This document shows, piece by piece, positions 18,910 through 27,952 of a DNA stretch of 64,000 nt. The notes beneath the pieces are model-generated. The model saw only the letters and a program-made list of their open reading frames with translations. It was not told the DNA's origin and did no database searches. The position numbers and the translations under genes are program-made. Each line of letters opens with the position of its first letter. Position 1 is the first letter of the stretch. The stretch spans positions 576,001 through 640,000 of the forward strand of contig OY729427.2 in NCBI GenBank assembly GCA_963422375.2, read 5' to 3'. The stretch comes from Bryobacterales bacterium (GTDB taxonomy: Bacteria; Acidobacteriota; Terriglobia; Bryobacterales; UBA6623).

Positions 18910-20853
18910 CTAGGCGGTCGCGTCGCAGGAATCGATCAGCGGCTTGAGGTCGGCTAGGAACTCCCTCGGCTTGCGGGCACCCGTGTCACCCGCCCTGCGG
19001 TGCCGCACGGAAACCGTCGCGGTGTCCGTCTCGCGCTTTCCTACCACGAGCATGTACGGAATCTTCTGCAGCTGCGCCTCGCGGATCTTGAAGCCGATTT
19101 TCTCCCCGCGAGCGTCGACCTCCACCCGCAGCCCGCCGGAGCGGAGCTCCCGCGCAACTTCGCCGGCGTACTCGATCTGGCGGTCGGTGATCGGCAGCAC
19201 GATGGCCTGCACCGGAGCGAGCCACAGCGGGAACGCTCCGGCGTAGTGCTCAATGAGCACGCCGAAAAACCGCTCGACGGATCCCCACAGCGCGCGATGG
19301 ACCATCACCGGGGAATGCGCCTTGCCGTCGGCACCAATGTACTCCAAGCCGAATCGGCGGGGCAGGTTGAAGTCGAACTGGATCGTCGACAGCTGCCACG
19401 GGCGCCCGATCGCGTCGACCATCTTGATATCGATCTTGGGGCCGTAGAACGCCGCCTCGTCCGCCATGACCTTCGCCTCGATGCCGCGCTTCCTCAGCGC
19501 CTCGAACAGGCTGTCCTCTGCCAGCTCCCATTCGTCCGGCGTGCCGGCGTACTTGCCGCTCGCCCCGCCGTCCCAAGTGGAAAGCTCCACGGCGAACTCG
19601 GCGAAGCCGAACGCGCGCAGCACCTCCATCGCCAGGTCGACGCAGCCCAGCACCTCGGACTCGACCTGCTCCGGCGTGCAAAAGATGTGCGCGTCGTCCT
19701 GGGTGAAGCCGCGCACCCGCAGCAGTCCGTGCATGACGCCCGATCGCTCGTACCGATAGACCGTGCCGAGCTCGGCCAGCCGGACTGGCAGGTCCCGGTA
19801 GCTGCGCAGCCTGTCCTTGTAGATCAGGATGTGGAACGGACAGTTCATCGGCTTGAGCTGGTACAGCGAGTCGTCCAGCTTCATGGGCTTGAACATGTCG
19901 TCCTTGTAGAACTCGGCGTGGCCGGAGGTCTCCCACAGCCCGTGCCGGGCCACATGGGGCGTCGAAACGAGGCCGTAGCCGCGCGCCACCAGCTGCTCGC
20001 GCAGCCAGTCCTCCATCACGCGCCGGATCGTCCCGCCCTTGGGATGCCAGAAGATCAGGCCCGGCCCGGCCTGCTCCTGGATGCTGAATAGGTCGAGCTG
20101 CTTGCCGAGCTTGCGGTGGTCGCGCTTCCTCGCCTCCTCCAAGCGGTTCAAGTGGGCCTTGAGGTCCTTCTTGGAAAAGAAGGCGGTGCCGTAGACGCGC
20201 TGGAGGCGCTGGAGGCGCTCGTCGCCCTTCCAGTACGCACCGGCCACCGACAGCAGCTTGAAAGCCTTGATGCGCCCCATGGACGGCACGTGCGGGCCGC
20301 GGCAGAAGTCCATGAACAGGTCGCCGGTCTTGTAGACCGACACCCGCGTATCGTCGGTCTTCTCCTCGATCAGCTCGCACTTCATGAACTCGCCCTGGCG
20401 CCGGTACTCGGCCAAGGCCTCCTCGCGCGGAATCCAGACGCGCTCGTTCTCAGGATCGCGCTTGACGATCTCGCGCATGCGATCCTCGATCATCGCCAGA
20501 TCGTCCGGCGTGAAGGGCCGCTCCCTGTACATGTCGTAAAAGAAGCCCTGCTCGGTCGGCGGACCTACCCCGAGCTTCGTCTCGGGAAACAGCTCCAGCG
20601 TCGCGGCCGCGAGCAGATGGGCCGCGGAATGCCGGTAGACCTCCAGCGCCTCGTGGTCGCGATCCGTCAGAAAGCGGACGCTGGCATCCGCGCCAAGCGG
20701 CGTGGCCAGATCCGCCAGATCCCCGTCGATCTCCGCCACCAGAGCGGCGCGCGCCAAGCCGGGACTGATCCGCTCGGCAACGGCTCGCGCGGCCGTGCCC
20801 TGCTCGACGTGCATCCGGCTGCCGTCGGGAAGGGTGACTGCAACGTTGGGCAT
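18910..20853 (-). CDS. thrS: Threonine--tRNA ligase
   Basis: TGS start VTLPDGS, RHSAAHLLA, DFCRGPH, RDHRKLG, KPMNCPFH, RVRGFTQDDAH, AAFYGPKID, MVHRA. Confidence 0.98.
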   Translation of the reverse strand: MPNVAVTLPDGSRMHVEQGTAARAVAERISPGLARAALVAEIDGDLADLATPLGADASVRFLTDRDHEALEVYRHSAAHLLAAATLELFPETKLGVGPPTEQGFFYDMYRERPFTPDDLAMIEDRMREIVKRDPENERVWIPREEALAEYRRQGEFMKCELIEEKTDDTRVSVYKTGDLFMDFCRGPHVPSMGRIKAFKLLSVAGAYWKGDERLQRLQRVYGTAFFSKKDLKAHLNRLEEARKRDHRKLGKQLDLFSIQEQAGPGLIFWHPKGGTIRRVMEDWLREQLVARGYGLVSTPHVARHGLWETSGHAEFYKDDMFKPMKLDDSLYQLKPMNCPFHILIYKDRLRSYRDLPVRLAELGTVYRYERSGVMHGLLRVRGFTQDDAHIFCTPEQVESEVLGCVDLAMEVLRAFGFAEFAVELSTWDGGASGKYAGTPDEWELAEDSLFEALRKRGIEAKVMADEAAFYGPKIDIKMVDAIGRPWQLSTIQFDFNLPRRFGLEYIGADGKAHSPVMVHRALWGSVERFFGVLIEHYAGAFPLWLAPVQAIVLPITDRQIEYAGEVARELRSGGLRVEVDARGEKIGFKIREAQLQKIPYMLVVGKRETDTATVSVRHRRAGDTGARKPREFLADLKPLIDSCDATA

Positions 20854-20906
20854 CTGCAAGCGAGGGCGCGGGGGGAGGCGCCTCCCCGAGCGAGCCTCCG
20901 AAACTC

Positions 20907-21581
20907 TCAGTATCGCTCGAATGACTGCCGGTCGTCCGGAACGCCGGCGGCCGCGAGACGCTCGCGCAGGGAGGCCACCATCGCGGGGTGCCCGCAGAAG
21001 TAGGCGTCGAGGTCGCTTCGGGCGGCAAGCGCCAGTTCCACGTGGTCGGTGACGCGCCCCCGCAGGCCCGTCCACCCGGGCGCGGCCCGGCTCAGGGTGG
21101 GCAGGAACCGGAAGCCCTCGCGGCTCGCCGCGAGCGCCTCGAACTCGCCGCGGTAGAGCAGGTCCGAGGCGCGACGAGCACCTAGGACTAGCGTCGCGAC
21201 CGCGCCGGGATTGGCCTGCAGCTGCGCTCGGAGGATGGCCCGCAGCGGGGAGACTCCCGTGCCCGCCGCGAAATAGACCGCCGGGCGAGCCGGATCAAGC
21301 AGGCGCATCCTGCCGGCGGGCTCGCCGCAGTCGACAGCATCCCCCGGCCGGAGGCCGAGCAGGTGCGCGCCGAATTCCCCGTCGTGGCGGATGCACAGCT
21401 CGACACGCCCGTCACCGGAGGGAGGAGAGGCGATGGAGTAGTAGCGCCGGGCCCGCGACCCGTCGAGGTCTGCTTCCAGCGCAAGATACTGGCCGGGCCG
21501 ATGCCGGAACGGCGTCCGAAAGGAAAAGTGGGTGACGCTCTCGCTGAGGGGGCGCGCCTCGATCAGTCGGATTGTCGCCAC
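20907..21581 (-). CDS. Ferredoxin-NADP reductase-like FAD/NAD(P)-binding oxidoreductase
   Basis: PGQY, RYYSIAS, AAGTGVSP, YFCGHPAMV, terminal FERY. Confidence 0.88.
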   Translation of the reverse strand: MATIRLIEARPLSESVTHFSFRTPFRHRPGQYLALEADLDGSRARRYYSIASPPSGDGRVELCIRHDGEFGAHLLGLRPGDAVDCGEPAGRMRLLDPARPAVYFAAGTGVSPLRAILRAQLQANPGAVATLVLGARRASDLLYRGEFEALAASREGFRFLPTLSRAAPGWTGLRGRVTDHVELALAARSDLDAYFCGHPAMVASLRERLAAAGVPDDRQSFERY

Positions 21582-21611
21582 GCTGCGTCCCCTCGCCGCC
21601 GTCCCAAGCCG

Positions 21612-22016
21612 CTACCGAGACCCGGGTTCCGTGCCGCTCGCCTGCAAGAGCGCACCGGCCCGCTCGGCGAGAATACCCGCCAGGCCGGGATGCCCGTCCA
21701 GCGGAGGCGATGTCCGCACCAGCAGATCCGGATGCGCGGACCGGACCAGGCCCAGCAGCCGCGGCAGATCTTCGGTCAAGTGGCGTCCATTGGTGAGGAA
21801 ATACGGCGTGACCAGCACCTCGCGGACCCCTTCGGCGGCGAGTTGGGCGATCGCCTCGCCCAGCGTCGGATCCGCCAGCTCGAGGAACGCGGTGCGGTAG
21901 GCCGGCAGGCCCGCTTGCCGGGCCGCCTCGCGCGCCACGCGCCTCACGGCTTCATTCGCCGCGACCACGCGCGAGCCGTGCGCGAACACCACCAAGCCGA
22001 TCGCGTTGCAGGTCAA
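21612..22016 (-). CDS. CbiX/SirB-family sirohydrochlorin chelatase
   Basis: AHGSR, AFLELADP, PYFLTNGRHLTEDLP, PLDGHP; TTG start is tentative. Confidence 0.85.
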   Translation of the reverse strand: MTCNAIGLVVFAHGSRVVAANEAVRRVAREAARQAGLPAYRTAFLELADPTLGEAIAQLAAEGVREVLVTPYFLTNGRHLTEDLPRLLGLVRSAHPDLLVRTSPPLDGHPGLAGILAERAGALLQASGTEPGSR

Positions 22017-22035
22017 GGTATACTCTCGATTTCCT

Positions 22036-23616
22036 ATGGACGCCTTTATTATCACCGCATACTTCGTCGCGGTGTTCGGGGTGGGCTTCTACCACTCGCG
22101 GAACAAGAACACCACAACCGAGTACTTCCTGGCCGGCAAGCACATCGGCTGGTTCGCGGTCGGGGCCACACTGTTCTCGACGAATATCGGCAGCGAGCAC
22201 GTCATCGGCTTGGCTGGCTCGGGCGCATCCAGCGGCCTGGCGGTGGGCACCTACGAGTGGTCCGCCAGCTTCTGCCTGCTGCTGCTGGCGTGGATCTTCA
22301 TTCCGCAGTACCTCCGCAGCCGCATCTTCACCATGCCGGAGTTCCTCGAGAAGCGCTTCAGCCCTGGCTGCCGCTGGTACCTGACGACGGTCTCGCTGTT
22401 CGCGTACGTGCTGACAAAGATCTCCGTGGCGCTGTTCGCCGCAGGGATTCTCGCCCGCGAAATCTTCGGCTGGGACTACATGACCACGGCCGTGCTGCTG
22501 GTCATCGCCACCGGCATCTACACCATCACGGGCGGACTCTCGGCCGTGATCTACACCGACCTGCTGCAGGCGTTCATCATGATCGGCGGATCGGCATTCC
22601 TGACGCTGCTCGGGCTGGGCGAGGCCGGGGGCTTCGCCGGGCTGCGGGAGGCGCTCCCGGGCGATTTCTTCCATATCGTCAAGGACATAAGCCACCCGGA
22701 GTACCCGTGGCTAGGCACCACCCTGGGAACGATGATCCTCGGCACGTGGTACTGGTGCACCGACCAGGTGATCGTGCAGAAGACGCTGAGCGCCCGGAAC
22801 CTGCCCCACGCCCGGGGCGGGGCGATCCTCGCGTCGGCGCTGAAGATCCTGCCGGTATTCATCCTGGTGCTGCCGGGTCTGATCGCCCGCGCGCTATGGC
22901 CCGCGGAGGCCACGGGGGACACGGCGTTCCCGCTGCTCGTGCAACGCCTGCTGCCTGCCGGCCTTTCCGGACTCATGATCGCGGCTTTGCTGGCCGCGCT
23001 GATGTCCTCCCTGAGCAGCGTCCTGAATTCGTGCTCGACGCTCGTGACGATGGACATCTACAAGAAGCTGCGACCGGACGCCAGCGAGAAGCGCCTCGTG
23101 TTCGTCGGACGGCTGATTACTGGCTGCGTGGTGCTGGTGAGCATCCTGTGGATTCCCATGATCCGCCACCTGAGCGGCGAGGTCTACCAATACCTGCAGA
23201 GCGTGCAGGCGTACATCGGCGCTCCGATCACGGCGACATTCCTGCTCGGCATCCTGTGGCGGGGCGGAACCTCCCGGGCCGCGATCTCGACCTTGGTCTT
23301 CGGCGGCCTGGCGGGCGGGGGGCGGTTCGCGCTCGACATCCTGTACAAGGCCTACGGCATGGATCTGGGCCCGCTGAACGGCTTGGTCCAGATCCCGTTC
23401 CTGAACTTCAGCGTCGGAGTGTTCGGCGCCTGCCTGGCCCTGTTCTGGGCCGTGAGCAAGCTGGACGAGAGACCGGCAGCCGCCCGCGTCGCGGAGCTCA
23501 CGGTCGACTGGTCCGGGAAACGGCGGGGCGACGGAGCCGGCAGCGAGAAGCTGCAGGGCTGGCTTTCCGCCGGCGTGGGCCTGGCGGTGCTGATGCTGTG
23601 GTTCCACTTCCGGTAG
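22036..23616 (+). CDS. Sodium:solute symporter (SSS, sugar/inositol-like)
   Basis: EYFLAG, FSTNIGSEH, TMPEFLEKRF, GGLSAVIYTD, WYWCTDQ, AALMSSLSS. Confidence 0.93.
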   Translation: MDAFIITAYFVAVFGVGFYHSRNKNTTTEYFLAGKHIGWFAVGATLFSTNIGSEHVIGLAGSGASSGLAVGTYEWSASFCLLLLAWIFIPQYLRSRIFTMPEFLEKRFSPGCRWYLTTVSLFAYVLTKISVALFAAGILAREIFGWDYMTTAVLLVIATGIYTITGGLSAVIYTDLLQAFIMIGGSAFLTLLGLGEAGGFAGLREALPGDFFHIVKDISHPEYPWLGTTLGTMILGTWYWCTDQVIVQKTLSARNLPHARGGAILASALKILPVFILVLPGLIARALWPAEATGDTAFPLLVQRLLPAGLSGLMIAALLAALMSSLSSVLNSCSTLVTMDIYKKLRPDASEKRLVFVGRLITGCVVLVSILWIPMIRHLSGEVYQYLQSVQAYIGAPITATFLLGILWRGGTSRAAISTLVFGGLAGGGRFALDILYKAYGMDLGPLNGLVQIPFLNFSVGVFGACLALFWAVSKLDERPAAARVAELTVDWSGKRRGDGAGSEKLQGWLSAGVGLAVLMLWFHFR

Positions 23617-23638
23617 CTAGGAAGCCGGCGGCAGCCGA

Positions 23639-25105
23639 TTGCGCGGAGTCGCCGTGACGTCACCGTCGCGCGGGCCAGGCATTCTGGCCGGGGCGCTCGC
23701 GCTCGCGCTGGCCGCCTGCGACGCGGGCAACCGGCTTCCGCAGGTCCCGGACGTCGCGGCGGAGGACTTCCCCGAGCGGCTTCGGGACGAGACCGCCCGC
23801 ATGATCGAGGCGGCCGACGGGAAGGGCGGCGATCCGTGGGCCAACGGCGATCTGGCGATGCTCCTGCATGCCCACGGGCAGCGGGGCGCCGCGGAGCCGC
23901 TCTACGAGCGCGCCGAAGCGCTCTCGGGCGGGGAGTTTCGCTGGGCCTACCTGCTGGGCGTCTGCCGCCAGGAAGCGGGCGAGTACGGCGAAGCCGTCGC
24001 TGCCTTCCGCCGCGCCCTGTCCAAGCGCGCGTACGGGCCGGCCGCGGTGCGGCTGGGCGAGTCGCTGGCGGCCGCCGAGTCGCTCGCGGAAGCGAAGACT
24101 GCGTTGCGAGACGCGATGCGCCTGGAGGGCAGCGAGGCCGCAGCGGGCTACGCCCTCGGCCGAGTCCTGCTCGATCTCGGCTCGGCCGAGGAGGCCATTC
24201 CCCTGCTGGAGCGAACCTTGGAGCTTTCGCCGGAATCGGGAGCGGCGCGCTACGCGCTCGCAACGGCCCACCGCGCCGCGGGCGACGAAGGCGCGGCTAG
24301 CCGCCACCTAACCGCGTTGGCCGGGGCCGGTCGCGACAAGCCCTCGCTGGACGACCCCGTGCTCGCTCGGGTGCGGGGCCTCGCCGCCGACGCCCACCAC
24401 TTCCTGAATGAGGGCCGGGCCCTGGCCTCGAGCGGGAGACTGCGCGAGGCGATCAGCGCGTACCAGCGGGCCCTTGCGCTGGACGCTGGCATGGCCGCCG
24501 CACACGCCAACCTCGTCGGGGCGTTCGGTCAGCTCGGCGACTTCGCGCAGGCCAAGGCGCATTACGACGCCGCACTGTCGATCGATCCGCGGCTCGAGGA
24601 GCTCCACAACAACTGGGGGGTGCTGCAGGCATCGAGAGGCGATCCGTCGAGCGCCGCCGAGGCGTTCCGCCGGGCGCTCGAGGTCAACCGGAACTCCGCC
24701 AAGGCCCATGCGAATCTCGGCGTCGCCCTGATCGAACTGGGGAGGAGGGATGCAGCGATGGGGCACTTCCTCACGGCCGTGGAGAGCGACCCGACGAACC
24801 GCCCGGCACGAACGAACCTCGGCACGCAGGCTCTTGAGTACGGTCGCCCGTCGGAAGCGGCCGAGCATTTCCGAGCGGCGCTTGACGGGGCCGATGACGG
24901 GAACGAGGCGTTCATCCGCTTCGCGCTCGGCATGGCCTACGGTCGCATAGGGCGAGACGCCGCCGCTTCCGAGTCGCTGGAGCGGGCGCTCGCCATGGCC
25001 GAGGCTCTGGGGAGGGAGAGCCTAGCGGTCCAGATCCGCAACGAGCTCGAATCGTCGCGGCAGGCGAACCAACACCAGTCGCACGAACCCGTTCCGGCTC
25101 GATGA
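23639..25105 (+). CDS. Tetratricopeptide-repeat lipoprotein
   Basis: Lipobox-like LALAAC followed by numerous TPR-like helical repeats. Confidence 0.8.
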   Translation: MRGVAVTSPSRGPGILAGALALALAACDAGNRLPQVPDVAAEDFPERLRDETARMIEAADGKGGDPWANGDLAMLLHAHGQRGAAEPLYERAEALSGGEFRWAYLLGVCRQEAGEYGEAVAAFRRALSKRAYGPAAVRLGESLAAAESLAEAKTALRDAMRLEGSEAAAGYALGRVLLDLGSAEEAIPLLERTLELSPESGAARYALATAHRAAGDEGAASRHLTALAGAGRDKPSLDDPVLARVRGLAADAHHFLNEGRALASSGRLREAISAYQRALALDAGMAAAHANLVGAFGQLGDFAQAKAHYDAALSIDPRLEELHNNWGVLQASRGDPSSAAEAFRRALEVNRNSAKAHANLGVALIELGRRDAAMGHFLTAVESDPTNRPARTNLGTQALEYGRPSEAAEHFRAALDGADDGNEAFIRFALGMAYGRIGRDAAASESLERALAMAEALGRESLAVQIRNELESSRQANQHQSHEPVPAR

Positions 25106-25322
25106 ATCCAAGGGTGCCGGACCTGCGGCAGCGGTCTCCCCCTGCTGAACCCGCACCGGTTCCGAGCGTGTCGAAGGCGACACGGGCGGTCAGCGGGGGC
25201 AATGACCGCACAGCCTGGCACCAGCGGCAGCGCCGGTCGCCCAATGGCGCGCGTCGTCGCAAGGGCTCTAGCCCGTTGAACACCGAGGGAGCGCTGACCG
25301 GCCTGCGCGCTGCGACAGGACG

Positions 25323-25745
25323 ATGCCCGCCCAGAATGACGATGTGGAGCAGGGATTTCGCGTTGCGACGTATGGAGACTACATTCGCAGGGGCGGGACA
25401 GACTCGGGCCGCTACCGCACGATCCCGAACGACCTGCCGCGCCCGTTCCGCGCGCTGCCTAGGAACTTGCAGGAAGCAGCGTTGGGCGACCCCGCTCCGT
25501 TGAGCGGGCCGCGTTCGGACGCGCTGCTTGCGGCCATGGTCGAGCACGTCGCCCGGCTGCACGGTCACCCGATTCCGGATTGGTTCGAAGAGCCAAGTCG
25601 ATTCCTCGACCGGCCCTGGGGCGTGAGCAAGAATCCCGTCATCGCGGCCGACTCGGCGCTCTACGCGGCCGGGGAGTTCATTCGCCACGGCGCTCTTGCG
25701 GATCCGGCGGAGATGGACTGGCGCGGAGGGAGGTCCATGAATTGA
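25323..25745 (+). CDS. Hypothetical partner of the downstream nucleotidyltransferase (possible antitoxin, probably decayed)
   Basis: DALLAAMVEHVA...PDWFEEPSRFLDRPW...FIRHGA; abuts the downstream gene. Confidence 0.45.
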   Translation: MPAQNDDVEQGFRVATYGDYIRRGGTDSGRYRTIPNDLPRPFRALPRNLQEAALGDPAPLSGPRSDALLAAMVEHVARLHGHPIPDWFEEPSRFLDRPWGVSKNPVIAADSALYAAGEFIRHGALADPAEMDWRGGRSMN

Positions 25746-26403
25746 TCCCTCGATAGGGAAGCGCTCCAGAATGCGCTCTCAGCGCTGTCCGACAAGCTCC
25801 GCCAGCGCAATATTCGAGCTCCCGTGTACATTGTCGGCGGGACCGCCGTGCTTGCTTGCATACCGGCGGAGCTCCGTCGCGATGGACGTGGACGCGCTGC
25901 TGATCGAGAGCAACGCTTCGGTGCTTCCGGTGGTCGAGTCGGTCGCGCGGGATCTCGGCCTCGGCAGCCGCTGACTGAATGACGCTGTTCGGATACTCCA
26001 ACGCATGCCCCCTCGACCCGACAGTCGAGCGATCACGGTATTCCAGTTGCCTTACCTCGTCGTCACGCGGGATTCGGCCAGTCACATGCTGGCAATGAAG
26101 GTGGGGTCGGGGCGAGAGAAGGACTTCGAGGAGATCGAGACCTTGCTGCGCGCTCTGAAACCCGACGACATGGACGGGATTCGGAAGACCCACCGCGCCG
26201 CGTTCCCGCACGAGAACATCCCTGCGCGCAGCGAGAAGCGCGTGGCCGCACTACTGCGGTCATTGCAGTCCTCCGACTGGCGCTACGAACCGGTCGTCTC
26301 CGCAAGCTGCTATCCGCCGGGGCCAAGCAGCCTGCTGTACGCATGGATCGCAGGCGCTCCGCCCAAGTGGACGAACAGAACTTTCGAGCCGCTTGGGAAA
26401 TAA
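25737..26403 (+). pseudogene. DUF6036-like nucleotidyltransferase pseudogene
   Basis: VYIVGGTAVL, frameshift at a GCTT duplication near 25850, DVDA, GLGSR*LND (stop where W is expected), HMLAMK..GREKD. Confidence 0.65.
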
Positions 26404-27326
26404 CCCTGGCGCACAAGGTCGATCAAACCTTGCATGGACTTGCCCTCGTAGACGGGGTCGGTGATCAATGCCTCGGTTCGGGCGGCAACACGGATCGCCT
26501 CGATCGTCTCGCTGGAAGGCATGCCGTAAGCCGGATAGGCGTAGTCTTCGATCAGCACGATGTCCGAAGGGTCGATGTCGAGCCCGAGTCCGACGAGGTC
26601 GGCCGTGTTGCGGGCGATATCGAGGACCTGAGCCCTAGCCCGCTCAGGCGTTGCGGAAGCGTCAATGCCAACTACCCTTCTCTGACGTCCGTCCGCCGCG
26701 AAGCCGACGGCCATCCCCGCATGAGTGGAGCCCGTCACGGTGCAGGTCACCACGTAATCGAACCGAATGCCGAGCTCCGCTTCCTGGGCGTGCACCTCCT
26801 CGGCGAAGCCCACGTATCCCAAGCCCCCGAGCCGGTGGACAGAGGCTCCGGCCGGGATCGAGTACGGCTTCCCTCCAACCGCCTTCACCGTCTCGAGTGC
26901 CTGACGCCAGCTCGCTCGGATGCCGATGTCGAATCCGTGCGGCGCGATCTCGACCTCCGCACCCATGACGCGGCTCATCAGGATGTTGCCGACGCGACCG
27001 TAGCCGGGGTCGTCGACCGGGACCCAAGCCTCCTGCACCAAGTGGCACTTCAGGCCGAGCTTGGCCGCTACCGCGGCAACCTGCCGAGTGTGATTGGACT
27101 GGACACCGCCGATCGTGACCAAGGTATCGGCGCCGGTCGCAAGAACGTCCGGCACCATGTATTCGAGCTTGCGGAGCTTGTTGCCTCCGCAGACGAGGCC
27201 GGAATTGCAGTCCTCCCGCTTCGCGTACAGCTCGACCCGACCGCCCAGGTGCTCCGAAAGCCGGTTCAACGGCTCGACCGGCGTGGGGCCGAATGTCAGA
27301 GGGTAGCGCTCGAATCTGGCAAGCAT
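26310..27326 (-). CDS. acdS: 1-aminocyclopropane-1-carboxylate (ACC) deaminase
   Basis: 338 aa; [57 protein letters not shown]. Confidence 0.92.
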   Translation of the reverse strand: MLARFERYPLTFGPTPVEPLNRLSEHLGGRVELYAKREDCNSGLVCGGNKLRKLEYMVPDVLATGADTLVTIGGVQSNHTRQVAAVAAKLGLKCHLVQEAWVPVDDPGYGRVGNILMSRVMGAEVEIAPHGFDIGIRASWRQALETVKAVGGKPYSIPAGASVHRLGGLGYVGFAEEVHAQEAELGIRFDYVVTCTVTGSTHAGMAVGFAADGRQRRVVGIDASATPERARAQVLDIARNTADLVGLGLDIDPSDIVLIEDYAYPAYGMPSSETIEAIRVAARTEALITDPVYEGKSMQGLIDLVRQGYFPSGSKVLFVHLGGAPAIHAYSRLLGPGG

Positions 27327-27414
27327 CGACGAGATCCTGACTCATTCGCCTCGACCCGCTGGCCGACAACGCTCCGTCGTAGATTCCTTCCCTACACGGT
27401 ACGTGCAAGGGCCC

Positions 27415-27432
27415 GGGGGGGGGGGGGGGGGG
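27415..27432. repeat. G18 homopolymer
   Basis: Read directly; intergenic, about 90 bp upstream of acdS. Confidence 0.9.
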
Positions 27433-27952
27433 CCGCATGGGATCGACGCAGGCAGCGGCAAGCCAAGGGATAGGGCATGGACGCCCTGCCAGGCGAGGTC
27501 CAGGGGAGCCGGGAACGATACTGCGGCACCCCGTATCCGCTGGCTTGATAGACTCGACCCTTGCTCAAGTTCCTAGCCGTCCGCATCGTCGGGTCTTCGG
27601 TGTTCGAGGAAGGGCGCGGCGAGAACGAGATTCTTCGCATTCCGCAACAAGGCCTTCGACACACCTCGGCCAAACGCTTCCCGTCAAGTCTCGCAGGCGG
27701 GGAAGGCAGGCAACTGGCTGAGGACTGGGATCGCAACGAGGCACTGCACCGCCGAGGCTCTGCGCGCGGGACTGAACCGGGACGACCATGTTGCCCGGCG
27801 ACGCCGATTCAAGGGATCGGATACACTTTCCGGTGCTTCGGATTCGAGAGCACTGAAGCGACAGGAAGCGAGGTCGCGGAATCCACGCTGCCGGCGTCCC
27901 GCACCGGATATCCTTGTCTTCGCCGCCAGCGCGGCTCCGACGGAGGCCACCA

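Noticed and set aside
25743..25974. In-frame TGA codons in the DUF6036-like gene as Sec or Trp recoding
   Set aside because: Accompanied by a frameshift, no SECIS-like hairpin seen, and TGA is a normal stop for many intact genes here
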